This document shows positions 1 to 9,140 of a DNA stretch of 64,000 nt, in pieces. The DNA is taken from assembly GCA_965220745.1 (NCBI GenBank), contig CBDCQT010000013.1, positions 544,001-608,000 on the forward strand, given 5' to 3'. The translations under genes were made by a program, and so were the position numbers. Under the pieces are notes generated by a model. It was not told the DNA's origin and ran no database searches. It saw only the letters and a list, made by a program, of their open reading frames with translations. Each line of letters opens with the position of its first letter. Position 1 is the first letter of the stretch. Origin of the DNA: Alphaproteobacteria bacterium (GTDB lineage Bacteria; Pseudomonadota; Alphaproteobacteria; UBA828).

Positions 1-158
1 CCTTCGACGCCGGCATTGCCGGGCGCACCGTCGTGGTCGAGTTCGAGAGCTTCGAACAGGCGCTCGCCACCCATGATGGTGCCGCCTACCAGACCGCCGC
101 CGCGAAACTCGAAGGCGCGGTGGAGCGCGACTTCCGGGTGGTCGAAGGCGTCGATTGA
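1..158 (+). CDS. DUF1330-family protein, 3' end (truncated by window start)
   Basis: Manual translation of frame 3: FDAGIAGRTVVVEFESFEQALATHDGAAYQTAAAKLEGAVERDFRVVEGVD*; the VVVEFES...A...YQ...R...VEG pattern fits DUF1330. Confidence 0.75.
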   Translation, partial: FDAGIAGRTVVVEFESFEQALATHDGAAYQTAAAKLEGAVERDFRVVEGVD

Positions 159-262
159 CGGCAGGGAGTGGCCCCTGGAGCGGTTATCGAAGGGGTGCGG
201 TGACCGCGTGCGCAACGGCTGCTATCCTCCGCCCCGAACGATGAACCGAGGAGACATCAGCC

Positions 263-580
263 ATGGCGGTAACCGCGATCGTTCGCTTCGCGCTGCCCGA
301 GGACAAGACGCGCGAGGCGGCAAAGGCCGCATTCGAGGCGTCCGCGCCGCTCTACCAGGGCGTCCAGGGCCTGGTTCGCAAATACTATCTTCTGTCCGAG
401 GACGGTCGAACCGGCGGCGGCGTGTATCTCTTCGAATCGCGCGAGGATGCCGAGCGCCTCTATAGCGCGGCCTGGAGGGCCGGCATCCGCGAGCGCCTGG
501 GCGCCGAGCCCTCGATCGAGTATTTCGAATCGCCGGTGATCGTAGACAACGAGGTGGGCGCGATCTCCACAGCGGCTTGA
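263..580 (+). CDS. YdhR-like putative monooxygenase (dimeric alpha-beta barrel)
   Basis: 105 aa, GLVRKYYL...GGGVYLFES motif; RBS GAGGAG upstream. Confidence 0.75.
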   Translation: MAVTAIVRFALPEDKTREAAKAAFEASAPLYQGVQGLVRKYYLLSEDGRTGGGVYLFESREDAERLYSAAWRAGIRERLGAEPSIEYFESPVIVDNEVGAISTAA

Positions 581-629
581 TCGCGGCTATGTCGCCGTTG
601 ACGCGGCGGCCCCGATAGCAGGTTAGCGC

Positions 630-2459
630 TCAACCGAGGCCGAGCCGCTCCATGGTCGCGGCCGTGGGCCGGCCCTCCGCGGTCCAGCCGCGCAGCTCGT
701 AGTACTGCGGCAGCATGGTGTCGAGCTCGCACACCTTGCCCTTGCCCGAGCCGCTCTTCACCGCCTCCTTCAGGATGCGCTGCGGCAGCGTGTCGTCGGC
801 GCGGGTCATGCCGGCGTCGAGATTGAACTGACGCTCCATGTTCCAGATGCGCTCGCCGGTCTCGTTCAGCCGGTCCACGGTCCACTCGCCTGCACAGCCG
901 GCATTGACCAGGTTGGCGACCTCGTCGAGCCCCCAGATCATCATCGGGAAGGCGCAGATGCCAACCGAATCGATGGCCGCGTTGGAATCCTGGCTGTCCT
1001 TCACGATCTTGGCCTTGCCTTCCAGCTTGCCGCCGGAGAAGTCGTCCTCGTAGGGGTCGGCGCGCAGGTGGCAGGCGCCGCGATTGCTGGTGGCGTAGGC
1101 GAGCCCCATGCCCTGCATCGAGCGGCCGTCGTAGCCGGGGAATTCCTGTCCCTTGGCCACCATGGCAAGCTCGGGCCGGCCGTACTTCTCGCAGAGCCGC
1201 TTGGCGCCGAGGCCCAGGTCCTGGCCGAAGCCGGTGCCCGTGCCGGCGTCCTCCGCCGCCCGGCAGAGCGCCTCGGCCGAGCCGAAGTTGTAGGCCACGC
1301 CGCCGGTCTCGGTGTCGGTGATGGCGCCCTCTTCGTAAAGCTCCATGGCGGCTGCGACGGTCGCCCCGAAGGAGATCGGGTCCATCCCGTCCTCGTTGCA
1401 GACGAAGTTCGCGAAGGTCGCGGCCTCGATATCGTCCACGCCCACCATGGGGCCGAGCGAATAGGCCGATTCGTACTCGAGCCCGCCGCTCACCTTCTTG
1501 TAGCGGTCGCGATCCTGGATCGCGAAGTGGTTGGGCTCCATCTTCGACGCGCGCTGGCAGCCGATGGTGCAGGCGAAGCAGGCCCGGTTCGCCACCAGGT
1601 TGGCGGAGCCGTCCGAGCGCCGCACCTTCGCCATCGCATCGGGGCCCAGGTTGCCGGTGCCCTCGAACTGTACGTCCTGGTTGTTGCGGGTCGGCAAGCT
1701 GCCGAAGGCCTGGGTCACGTCGATCATAGAGAGCGTGCCGGTGCGCGCGAGGTCGGCGCGGGTCTGGCTCGCGGCGAGCGCGCCGGCGGCCTTCTCCACG
1801 GCGTCGGCGAAGGCGTCGTCGTCGTCCACCGCGACGCCGCGCGTGCCCCGCACCGCGATGGCCTTCAGGTTCTTGGACCCCATCACCGCGCCGACGCCGG
1901 AGCGCCCGGCGGCCCGGTCGAGGTCGTTCATCACGCAGGCATAGCGGTTCAGGTTCTCGCCTGCGCGGCCGATGGAGGCGATCTTGATCGCGCCGTCCTG
2001 GTGGCGCGCCTTGATCGCCGGCTCGGTATCCCAGACCGACTTGCCCCAGATGAAGCCCTCGGCGTCGATCAGCTCGGCGTGGTCGTCCTTGATGTAGAGG
2101 TAGACCGGGTGCGGCGAGCGGCCTGTGCAGAGCACCATGTCCCAGCCGGCGAGCTTCAGCTCCCCGCCGAAGTAGCCGCCCGAGTTGGAGCAGGCGATGG
2201 CGTTGGTGAGCGCACCCTTGGTGACCACCGTGTAGCGGCCTGCGGTCGGCGCCGTGGTCCCGGTCAGCGGCCCGGTCGCGAAGATGAGCACGTTCTCGGG
2301 CGAGAGCGGATCCGCCTTCGGGTCCATCTCCTCGACGATATACTTGGTGGCAAGGCCCCGGCTGCCCAGATACGCCTGCGCCCACTCCATGTTGAGCGCC
2401 TCTTCGGTGCAGGTGCCTGCACTGAGGTCAACCCGCAACAGTCTGCCTTGCCACGACAT
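630..2459 (-). CDS. aor: Aldehyde:ferredoxin oxidoreductase (AOR family, W/Mo-bis-pterin, 4Fe-4S)
   Basis: LLRVDLS start, SNSGGYFGGELK, AAGRSGVGAVMGSKNLKAI, CFACTIGC, YATSNRGACH, YYELRGW; start set at MSWQG (ATG 2459). Confidence 0.92.
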   Translation of the reverse strand: MSWQGRLLRVDLSAGTCTEEALNMEWAQAYLGSRGLATKYIVEEMDPKADPLSPENVLIFATGPLTGTTAPTAGRYTVVTKGALTNAIACSNSGGYFGGELKLAGWDMVLCTGRSPHPVYLYIKDDHAELIDAEGFIWGKSVWDTEPAIKARHQDGAIKIASIGRAGENLNRYACVMNDLDRAAGRSGVGAVMGSKNLKAIAVRGTRGVAVDDDDAFADAVEKAAGALAASQTRADLARTGTLSMIDVTQAFGSLPTRNNQDVQFEGTGNLGPDAMAKVRRSDGSANLVANRACFACTIGCQRASKMEPNHFAIQDRDRYKKVSGGLEYESAYSLGPMVGVDDIEAATFANFVCNEDGMDPISFGATVAAAMELYEEGAITDTETGGVAYNFGSAEALCRAAEDAGTGTGFGQDLGLGAKRLCEKYGRPELAMVAKGQEFPGYDGRSMQGMGLAYATSNRGACHLRADPYEDDFSGGKLEGKAKIVKDSQDSNAAIDSVGICAFPMMIWGLDEVANLVNAGCAGEWTVDRLNETGERIWNMERQFNLDAGMTRADDTLPQRILKEAVKSGSGKGKVCELDTMLPQYYELRGWTAEGRPTAATMERLGLG

Positions 2460-2570
2460 CGCATACCCCCTGCTGTCGATCGGCCGAGCCGGGCCGTGTG
2501 CGGAAAACCTACCCTTGGATTCGGCGTTCGCCAAGGGCGCGGGCGGGTGAGAGCAGAGAGAGGGGGTGCG

Positions 2571-3857
2571 CTAAGCCGCAGGGCGGTGGACCGGCACCAG
2601 GTAGGGGCCTTCGGGGATCACGGCCACGCACGGATCGCCGTGCCGGGCGGCGCTTTCTGCCACCGTGTCCGCGAGCGATTCTGTCATGCGGACTCCGGTG
2701 AGCGCCCGGTCTTCGGGCGTAAGGCCCTCGGTGTAAAGGTGGACCGTGCCGGCCCGCATCGGGCGAAGCTGCATCTCGGTCTGCCACTCGTCGATCGCCG
2801 CATGGGTCTTGGCGCTGATCTCGTCGAGGAAGTGCTCCGGGCCGTTCTCCACCAGGCGGCGCTGCGCATCCGCGTAGTGCGCCGAGCCCAGCCCCTCGGA
2901 GCAGGCGGACGCGACGATGAGGTCGCCCCCCGGTGCCAGGATTTCGAGCGGCCCGACCATGCCCTTGACGGTCTGGTAATAGGTCGCGTCGAGCGGATAG
3001 CCGGCGGAGCTGGTCAGCACGGTGCTGAACCGCTCGGCCACGGGGACGGTGCAGAATCGCTCCGCGAAGGCGACCGCCGCCGCGTGGCTCGCCACCACCT
3101 CGCCGTAGTTGAGGAAGGCGATCCGGCGCTCGTCGTCGATCACGCTATTCACTGCGCGCGCGCCGCCGATCATCGCCATGATCGCCAGCTGTTCCTCGTG
3201 CAGCGGATTGCCCTCTAGCACGCAGTTGGTGCAGTTGGGATGCTCCATGAAGCGCGCGCTGTGGAAGGTGGTGATGGTCTCGGCGTGGGCGACGCCGGGC
3301 GCGATAACCTTCCGCCCGCCCGACCAGCCGGCCATGAAGTGCGGCTCCACAAGCCCGGTCGCGATGCGTAGATCGGCCTCGACGAAGCGCCGGTCGAGCC
3401 GTACCACCGTGCCGCGCTCTGTCGTGCCGATCAGCACGTGATCGGCGTCCTCGCGGGCGAAGTGGTTCGCGACCTCCACCGTCTCCAGCACCCAGGGGTC
3501 GCCGACCAGGGCGGCAAGCTCCTCGCCTTCGTTGGGCCGGTGCAGCCCGGTCGCCACCAGCACCGTGATCCGCTCCGGCTTGAGGCCAGCGCCGAGCAGC
3601 GTGCGGATCAGCGGCGGCAGGATCACGCCGTTGGGCACCGGGCGCGTGAAGTCGCAGATCAGGATGCAGGCGCTCTCGGCGCGCGCCGCCTCTTCCGCGA
3701 GTGCCGGGCAACCCACGGGCTGAGCGAGCGCCTGGTCCATCGCTGCCGCCGACTCCGCAAGGAGCGGCATCGCCTGCTTGGCGATCACGGTGACGTCGAG
3801 CGTGTCGGGCAGATCCACCGCCCGCTGGCCCCGGCCATAGTTCAGGTGGACGCGCAT
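2571..3857 (-). CDS. larA: Nickel-pincer-dependent lactate racemase (LarA) family protein
   Basis: DFTRP, ATGLHR, NH and EPHFMAGWSGGRK motifs; PEGPY C-terminus. Confidence 0.88.
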   Translation of the reverse strand: MRVHLNYGRGQRAVDLPDTLDVTVIAKQAMPLLAESAAAMDQALAQPVGCPALAEEAARAESACILICDFTRPVPNGVILPPLIRTLLGAGLKPERITVLVATGLHRPNEGEELAALVGDPWVLETVEVANHFAREDADHVLIGTTERGTVVRLDRRFVEADLRIATGLVEPHFMAGWSGGRKVIAPGVAHAETITTFHSARFMEHPNCTNCVLEGNPLHEEQLAIMAMIGGARAVNSVIDDERRIAFLNYGEVVASHAAAVAFAERFCTVPVAERFSTVLTSSAGYPLDATYYQTVKGMVGPLEILAPGGDLIVASACSEGLGSAHYADAQRRLVENGPEHFLDEISAKTHAAIDEWQTEMQLRPMRAGTVHLYTEGLTPEDRALTGVRMTESLADTVAESAARHGDPCVAVIPEGPYLVPVHRPAA

Positions 3858-3918
3858 AGTTCAACCCACTCCGTCAGCAAAGGCTCCGAGCTTCGACCGC
3901 TCGTCAGAGACTGCTCCT

Positions 3919-4644
3919 TCACGCATTTCTCATGCGTCTAGCAAGTTCATCAGGTGTGAGGGGCGGATCTTCTCGATGCAACATGGCATGACAGTTAGGA
4001 CAAACTGGGCGCAAATCGCGAATGGGATCAACCGTAGATGCTCGGCGCTTCTTAGAAACTGGTCGAAGATGATGAACGTGGATGAAATCTTTTCCTATAT
4101 CCCCATAGATATCTTCAAACAATATCTTGCAAATACTACACTTGTAACCGTACTTTATGAGGCATTGTCTTCGAGCCTCCGGACTACGTTCATAAGCATT
4201 AACCGTAACTCGCTTTTTATATCCCTCCAGCAATTCTGAAGTACTGGCTTCGTCTGGGTATAAGCCAAGCGGAACGTGGATGCCACCATCGCCTTTAGAT
4301 ATTTTCTTGTTTAGTTTCCGATCGATTTCGTTTGCAAAGCTCTTAAGGTGTACTAACAAATCAGAAAATACTTCTGATCTGTACTCACTCTCTTGGAACC
4401 ATTTTTTGAGCCTTCTCTCTGTCTCTCCTCCATTTCCTTCTCCGCTGTAGTCATCGAGAGTGGTATTTCTATAACCAATGAACTTGCTCGGAGCGAAGAC
4501 ACCTTCATCGATTTCTGAAAAATAATACCAATGCTGAAACCTCACAAATCTTTTGTACGCTTTTGAGGTGCTACCTTTCGCGATCTGGGCAAACCGCTCC
4601 GCGTTCTCGCGCACTTCACCGATGGTCGATACCAATTGGGGCAT
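3919..4644 (-). CDS. HNH endonuclease, McrA-like C-terminal domain; AT-rich gene
   Basis: YERSPEARRQC...CSIC...FIHVHH...DLRPVCPNCHAMLH; visibly lower GC than flanks. Confidence 0.85.
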   Translation of the reverse strand: MPQLVSTIGEVRENAERFAQIAKGSTSKAYKRFVRFQHWYYFSEIDEGVFAPSKFIGYRNTTLDDYSGEGNGGETERRLKKWFQESEYRSEVFSDLLVHLKSFANEIDRKLNKKISKGDGGIHVPLGLYPDEASTSELLEGYKKRVTVNAYERSPEARRQCLIKYGYKCSICKILFEDIYGDIGKDFIHVHHLRPVSKKRRASTVDPIRDLRPVCPNCHAMLHREDPPLTPDELARRMRNA

Positions 4645-4658
4645 GAAACCCTCCGCCC

Positions 4659-7178
4659 CTACCGCGTTCCAGCGAGAGGGATACCGGTTGCGGTTGCCGT
4701 CGCGACGGTGAGTGCGCGGAGGTCTTCGGGCTCGACGTTCTGCAGGTTGGTCTTGCCGGTACAGCGCGCCATCATCGAGGCCTCGGAGGCGGTCGCCTTG
4801 ATGATGTTGGCGGTGCCGTGAGTGCGATCCTCGTCGCTGCGGTCGGCGGCGAACGTGAGCTCGCGGGTGCCGGTGATGACGCCGCCGGCGGCGAGCCCAA
4901 CCGCAACGCCCAGCACCACGGCGACGGTGCCAAGCGCGATCACCTTGGCCGCATCGGTGCCGGAGCGTACCCCGCCGAAGTAGACGAGGTCGATCTCCTC
5001 CTCGCGATCCAGGCGGCGCAGGATCGCTACGGCATCGCGCAGGATGGTGAGATCGGGCGCTCCCGTAAGCTCCGCCCAGGGCGTGCCGAGTCCCGCGCTG
5101 CCGTCCAGCAGCAGCATGTCGAAGCCCGCATCGAGCGCGTAGGGAATCGCCTCTTCCAGAACCGCCGGCGAAGAGACCGAAAGCCCCAGTATCTGGCCCT
5201 CGGCCGTCCGCGTCGCCTCCACCGGCGCGAAGCGATGCCCGAGCGCGTAGATCAGCCCCGCCGCGTCGGCGCTCGGTGCGATCTGCCCCGGCAGCACAAG
5301 CTGGAACCAGCGCGCATCGCCGCCGATGGGCCGCACCCCAAGATAGCTCGCATCCACCTCGGCAATGCCCTGGCCGACCGCGGCGCGCACCTCTTCGGGT
5401 GCATCGTCGAAGCCCGTCACCATGAAGGGCAATGCCAGGTCGGTGCCGCCGACGGTGGTGCCGATGCGGCAGGCTTCCCGATAGGGGTCGATCACCAGCC
5501 GCGACAGGTTCGCCGGCAGGAACGCAATATCGTCCAGCACCCCTGGAAGCTCAGCCGGGAAGGGATCGCCGCGCTCGACCATGCGCTTTTCCAGCATCGC
5601 CTTCTGGCGCACCGTGTCGTCGGGATTGGTGCGGGCCATCACGAAAATGTCCTCGCGATGGTCCACCGCATAGTCGGCCGAGCCCGTCTCCGCATCGCAG
5701 CGGAAGCACCGCGCCGCCTCCTTGCGCGCGGCCTCCCAGCCATAGGTGGTCTCGATCTCCGGGAACGACACCGGATTCTCGCCGAGGCCGAGGAAGTCGG
5801 GGTGCTGCACTGGCAGCAGCTCCCACTCCAGGTCTTGCGCTACCGGCACGCGGCGCGTCCGGTGAGGCGTGCGATATGGCAACGGGTCCTCGCGCCCTTC
5901 CAGGAACGCCTTCACGTAGTAGGCGACCCTCTGGCCGTGATTCATCGCCATCACGATGGTGGAGCCGCCGAAGGCTCCGTCGCCGGCCGCGAACACCTTG
6001 GGATCGCTCGTGCGCATGCCTTCCCACTCGGTCCGCACCCGGTCGGAAAGCATCATGCCGCGCCGGTCGAGGTCGTCGCAGAGACCCTCCTGCCCCACCG
6101 AGGCGATCACCATGCCGCAGCCGATGTCGTGCTCCGTGCCCGGCACGTTCACCGGCGCGCGCCGGCCTGACTCGTCCGGATCGCCTAGCGTCGTCTGCAC
6201 GCAGCGCACCGCGAGCTCGTTGCCTTTGGGCACGATCTCGGTCTGCTGGGTGTGGTAGATGAACTCGATTCCCTCCTCGATCGCGCCCTCAAGCTCGATC
6301 TTGCGTGCCGGGATCTCCGCCGGGCCCCGTCGGTAGATCACCTTCACGTCCTTGCAGCCCGGCAGGCGCTTCGCGACCCGGCAGGCGTCCATGGCGACGT
6401 CGCCGCCGCCCACCACAACCACCGTCTCCGGCATCTCGGGCCGCGCGCCTTCGTTCACGTCGCGCAGGAACTGCACGCCGTCGATCACCCGGCCGTCGTC
6501 CTCGCCGGGAATACCCATGTTCTTGCCCCACCACGCACCGATGGCGAGGACCACGGCATCGTGCCGCTCCTTGAGCTCGTCCAGCGTCACGTCGCGGCCA
6601 AGCGCGGTGTTGAGGTGGACCTCCATGCCCGGGCAACGCCGGGCCATGCGGTCGATATCCTCCTGGATGATCCCAGGTGGCAGCCGGAAAGCCGGAATGC
6701 CCCAGATCATCATGCCGCCGAGCCGGTCGGTCATCTCGTAAACGTGGACGCGATAGCCCGCGACCGAAAGTTCGTGCGCCGCCGTCAGCCCCGCCGGGCC
6801 CGAGCCCACAACGGCCACGCTCTGCTCGTGCCGCACCGGCACCGGCGGCGGGTCGTAATCGTGGCCCACCTCGTCCATGACGAAGCGCTTGAGATTGCGA
6901 ATCTGTACCGGCCCGTCGGAATCCGTCCGCCGGCACGCCGGCTCGCACGGCGCGTCGCACACCCGCCCGCAGATCGAGCTGAACGGGTTGGTCGCCGTGA
7001 TTGCCTCGAACGCCTCCTCGAACTTCCGCTCCCAGATATAGGCAATGTAGGACGGCGCATCCGTCCCCACCGGGCAAGCGATCTGGCAGGGCGCCGGCAC
7101 GAAGTGCGCGTCGTCCGTGTCGTCCGGCAGCTCCGCGAGAAGCTGCCCGCCCGCCTCCATCTCCTTCAGGATCGCCAT
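4659..7178 (-). CDS. GltD-like FAD/NAD(P)H Fe-S oxidoreductase fused to a degenerate glutamate-synthase FMN-barrel domain
   Basis: PCQIACP, CGRVCDAPCEPACRR, GSGPAG, GGGDVAMD, RCFRC; C-terminal GGVRSGTDAAKVIALG and MARCTGKTNLQNVEPEDLRALT. Confidence 0.85.
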   Translation of the reverse strand: MAILKEMEAGGQLLAELPDDTDDAHFVPAPCQIACPVGTDAPSYIAYIWERKFEEAFEAITATNPFSSICGRVCDAPCEPACRRTDSDGPVQIRNLKRFVMDEVGHDYDPPPVPVRHEQSVAVVGSGPAGLTAAHELSVAGYRVHVYEMTDRLGGMMIWGIPAFRLPPGIIQEDIDRMARRCPGMEVHLNTALGRDVTLDELKERHDAVVLAIGAWWGKNMGIPGEDDGRVIDGVQFLRDVNEGARPEMPETVVVVGGGDVAMDACRVAKRLPGCKDVKVIYRRGPAEIPARKIELEGAIEEGIEFIYHTQQTEIVPKGNELAVRCVQTTLGDPDESGRRAPVNVPGTEHDIGCGMVIASVGQEGLCDDLDRRGMMLSDRVRTEWEGMRTSDPKVFAAGDGAFGGSTIVMAMNHGQRVAYYVKAFLEGREDPLPYRTPHRTRRVPVAQDLEWELLPVQHPDFLGLGENPVSFPEIETTYGWEAARKEAARCFRCDAETGSADYAVDHREDIFVMARTNPDDTVRQKAMLEKRMVERGDPFPAELPGVLDDIAFLPANLSRLVIDPYREACRIGTTVGGTDLALPFMVTGFDDAPEEVRAAVGQGIAEVDASYLGVRPIGGDARWFQLVLPGQIAPSADAAGLIYALGHRFAPVEATRTAEGQILGLSVSSPAVLEEAIPYALDAGFDMLLLDGSAGLGTPWAELTGAPDLTILRDAVAILRRLDREEEIDLVYFGGVRSGTDAAKVIALGTVAVVLGVAVGLAAGGVITGTRELTFAADRSDEDRTHGTANIIKATASEASMMARCTGKTNLQNVEPEDLRALTVATATATGIPLAGTR

Positions 7179-7181
7179 GGC

Positions 7182-9140
7182 TCAGCCCACCCTGCCGCGC
7201 AGCGCTAGCTCGCGCTCGCGGTATTCCGGCGCGTAGGGCAACCCGGTCATCTCAGCCGCATCGCGCGTGAGAGCCACCAGGTCATCGCGGCAGAGTTGGG
7301 TGGTGCTGCCGTAGCCCAACGCCTGGGTCAGCGCCGCGATTTGCCAGCGCACGCCTTCCAGATAGCGGTGGATGTTGCGCGCCTCCGCCACCGGGTTGTA
7401 ACGCCGCTCGTGCTGCGGGTCCTGGGTGGCGATCCCGGTCACGCATTGCCCCACGTGGCATTGCATGCAGGCGATGCAGCCCCCGGCGATGATCACCGCT
7501 GTCCCCATCGCCACTGCATTGGCGCCCAGGCACAGGCCCTTCACCGCGTCGATGCCGTCCCGGACGCCGCCCATCAGCACGACTTCCATCTTGCCGAGGC
7601 CTTCCACCTCCTCCAGCGCCGCCATCGCCTGGGTGATGGCGGCGAGCGTGGGCACTCCCACATGCTCCATCACCTCGGCGCCGCCCGCGCCCGTGGAGCC
7701 CTGCATGCCGTCGAGCTCCACGAAGTCGAAGCCGTCCTTGTAGGCGATCTTGATGTCGTCCCTGACCCGGCCCGCACCCAGCTTCACACTCACCGGGATG
7801 CGGTAGCCCGTGGCCTCCCGGAACTCCTCCACCTTGATGACCAGGTCGTCGGCGCCGAGGATGTCCGGGTGCCGCGAGGGCGAGCGCAGGTCGATGCCCT
7901 CGGGAATGCCCCGGATGGTGGCGAGCTCCTTGGTCACCTTCTTCGCCATGAGCTGGCCGCCGAAGCCGGGCTTGGCCCCCTGGCTGATGTAGATCTCGAG
8001 CCCGTCGGCCCGGTTCATGTCGTGGATGTTCCAGCCGAGCCGTCCCCCTAAACACTGGAATACCAGCTGCTCCGCCGCGCCCCGCTGGGCATCGCTCATG
8101 CCGCCTTCGCCGGTGTTCTCGGCAATGCCGGCCATGCTGGATGCCATGCCCACCGCCTGCTTGGTGGAGCGTGACAAGGCGCCGTAGCTCATCGGCGCGA
8201 TCATCACCGGCATCGAGAGCTTGAGTGCCCGCGCCCCGTTGAGGCCCCCGATCTCCGTATACATCTCGACCGCTGCCACTGGGTCGCCCGCCGTGCCCGC
8301 GCTGGACAGATCGCGTTTGAAGGCGAGGTCCGAGAGATGCGGCAGCGTGCGCGCACCGCCGTAGCCCCGCACCCGGTAGCGGCCGATCTGCGACTTGATG
8401 TAGACGTCCTCCTGCACCTTCGGGTTCCAGTAGTCCGACGTACCCGAGAAGGTGAAGAAGGGGATGCTGCGCACCTGCTGCTCGCTGGTGGCGTAGCGGA
8501 GCCGCTTGCCGGCGTTCTCGATCTTCTGGAAGCCGCCCTTGTAGGCGATCTCGTGGCGGTCCAGGAATTCGCGGATGTCGTCGACCTCGGCAGAGTCGAT
8601 ATCGGTCAGCTGAGCATCGGAGCCGAGCGAGCGCACCGCGCCGCCGACGTAGATATCGCCGGCCGCCATGTCCTCGCCCACGCGCTCGCCGGATTCGCCC
8701 AGGATGATGATGCGCCCGCCGTACATCATGTAGCCGGCCATGAAGTTGGCGTTGCCGACACAGCAGAGCGTCCCCGCCTTCATCACCTGGCCGGCGCGCG
8801 AGCCCACGTTGCCATGCACCACGATCTCGGCGCCCCGGATCGCCACGCCCGCGATGGCGCCCGCGTTGCCGCGCACCGTCACAGTGCCGGCGTACATGTT
8901 GTCGCCGAGGCCCCAGCCGACGTTGTTGTCGACCTCAAAGCGCGCCTGGTCCGCGAGCCCTGCGCAGAAGTATCCGGCCGAGCCCTTGATATGCACCCGC
9001 ACCGGATGGATTAGGCCGACGCCGATATGGTGGCGCGCGTCAGGGTTGAGGACCTCGATGTCCTCGCCTTCAGCCCCCCACTTGCGGATTTTTTCGTTGG
9101 CGTCCCGGACCGAAACCTGTCCTAGGTCAATCTGGACCAT
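7182..9140 (-). CDS. Glutamate-synthase-like protein: GXGXG (GlxC/MgsB-like) domain fused to FMN-binding (GlxD/MgsC-like) domain
   Basis: N-terminal GXGXG beta-helix repeats; IAPMSYGALS, NTGEGG, SQGAKPGFGG, SPSRHPDI, CIACMQCHVGQCVTGIATQDP. Confidence 0.88.
   Translation of the reverse strand: MVQIDLGQVSVRDANEKIRKWGAEGEDIEVLNPDARHHIGVGLIHPVRVHIKGSAGYFCAGLADQARFEVDNNVGWGLGDNMYAGTVTVRGNAGAIAGVAIRGAEIVVHGNVGSRAGQVMKAGTLCCVGNANFMAGYMMYGGRIIILGESGERVGEDMAAGDIYVGGAVRSLGSDAQLTDIDSAEVDDIREFLDRHEIAYKGGFQKIENAGKRLRYATSEQQVRSIPFFTFSGTSDYWNPKVQEDVYIKSQIGRYRVRGYGGARTLPHLSDLAFKRDLSSAGTAGDPVAAVEMYTEIGGLNGARALKLSMPVMIAPMSYGALSRSTKQAVGMASSMAGIAENTGEGGMSDAQRGAAEQLVFQCLGGRLGWNIHDMNRADGLEIYISQGAKPGFGGQLMAKKVTKELATIRGIPEGIDLRSPSRHPDILGADDLVIKVEEFREATGYRIPVSVKLGAGRVRDDIKIAYKDGFDFVELDGMQGSTGAGGAEVMEHVGVPTLAAITQAMAALEEVEGLGKMEVVLMGGVRDGIDAVKGLCLGANAVAMGTAVIIAGGCIACMQCHVGQCVTGIATQDPQHERRYNPVAEARNIHRYLEGVRWQIAALTQALGYGSTTQLCRDDLVALTRDAAEMTGLPYAPEYRERELALRGRVG

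Noticed and set aside
263-2459. Functional link between the YdhR-like gene and AOR (E. coli ydhR lies near ydhV)
   Set aside because: Genes are convergent and there is no other support; likely coincidence
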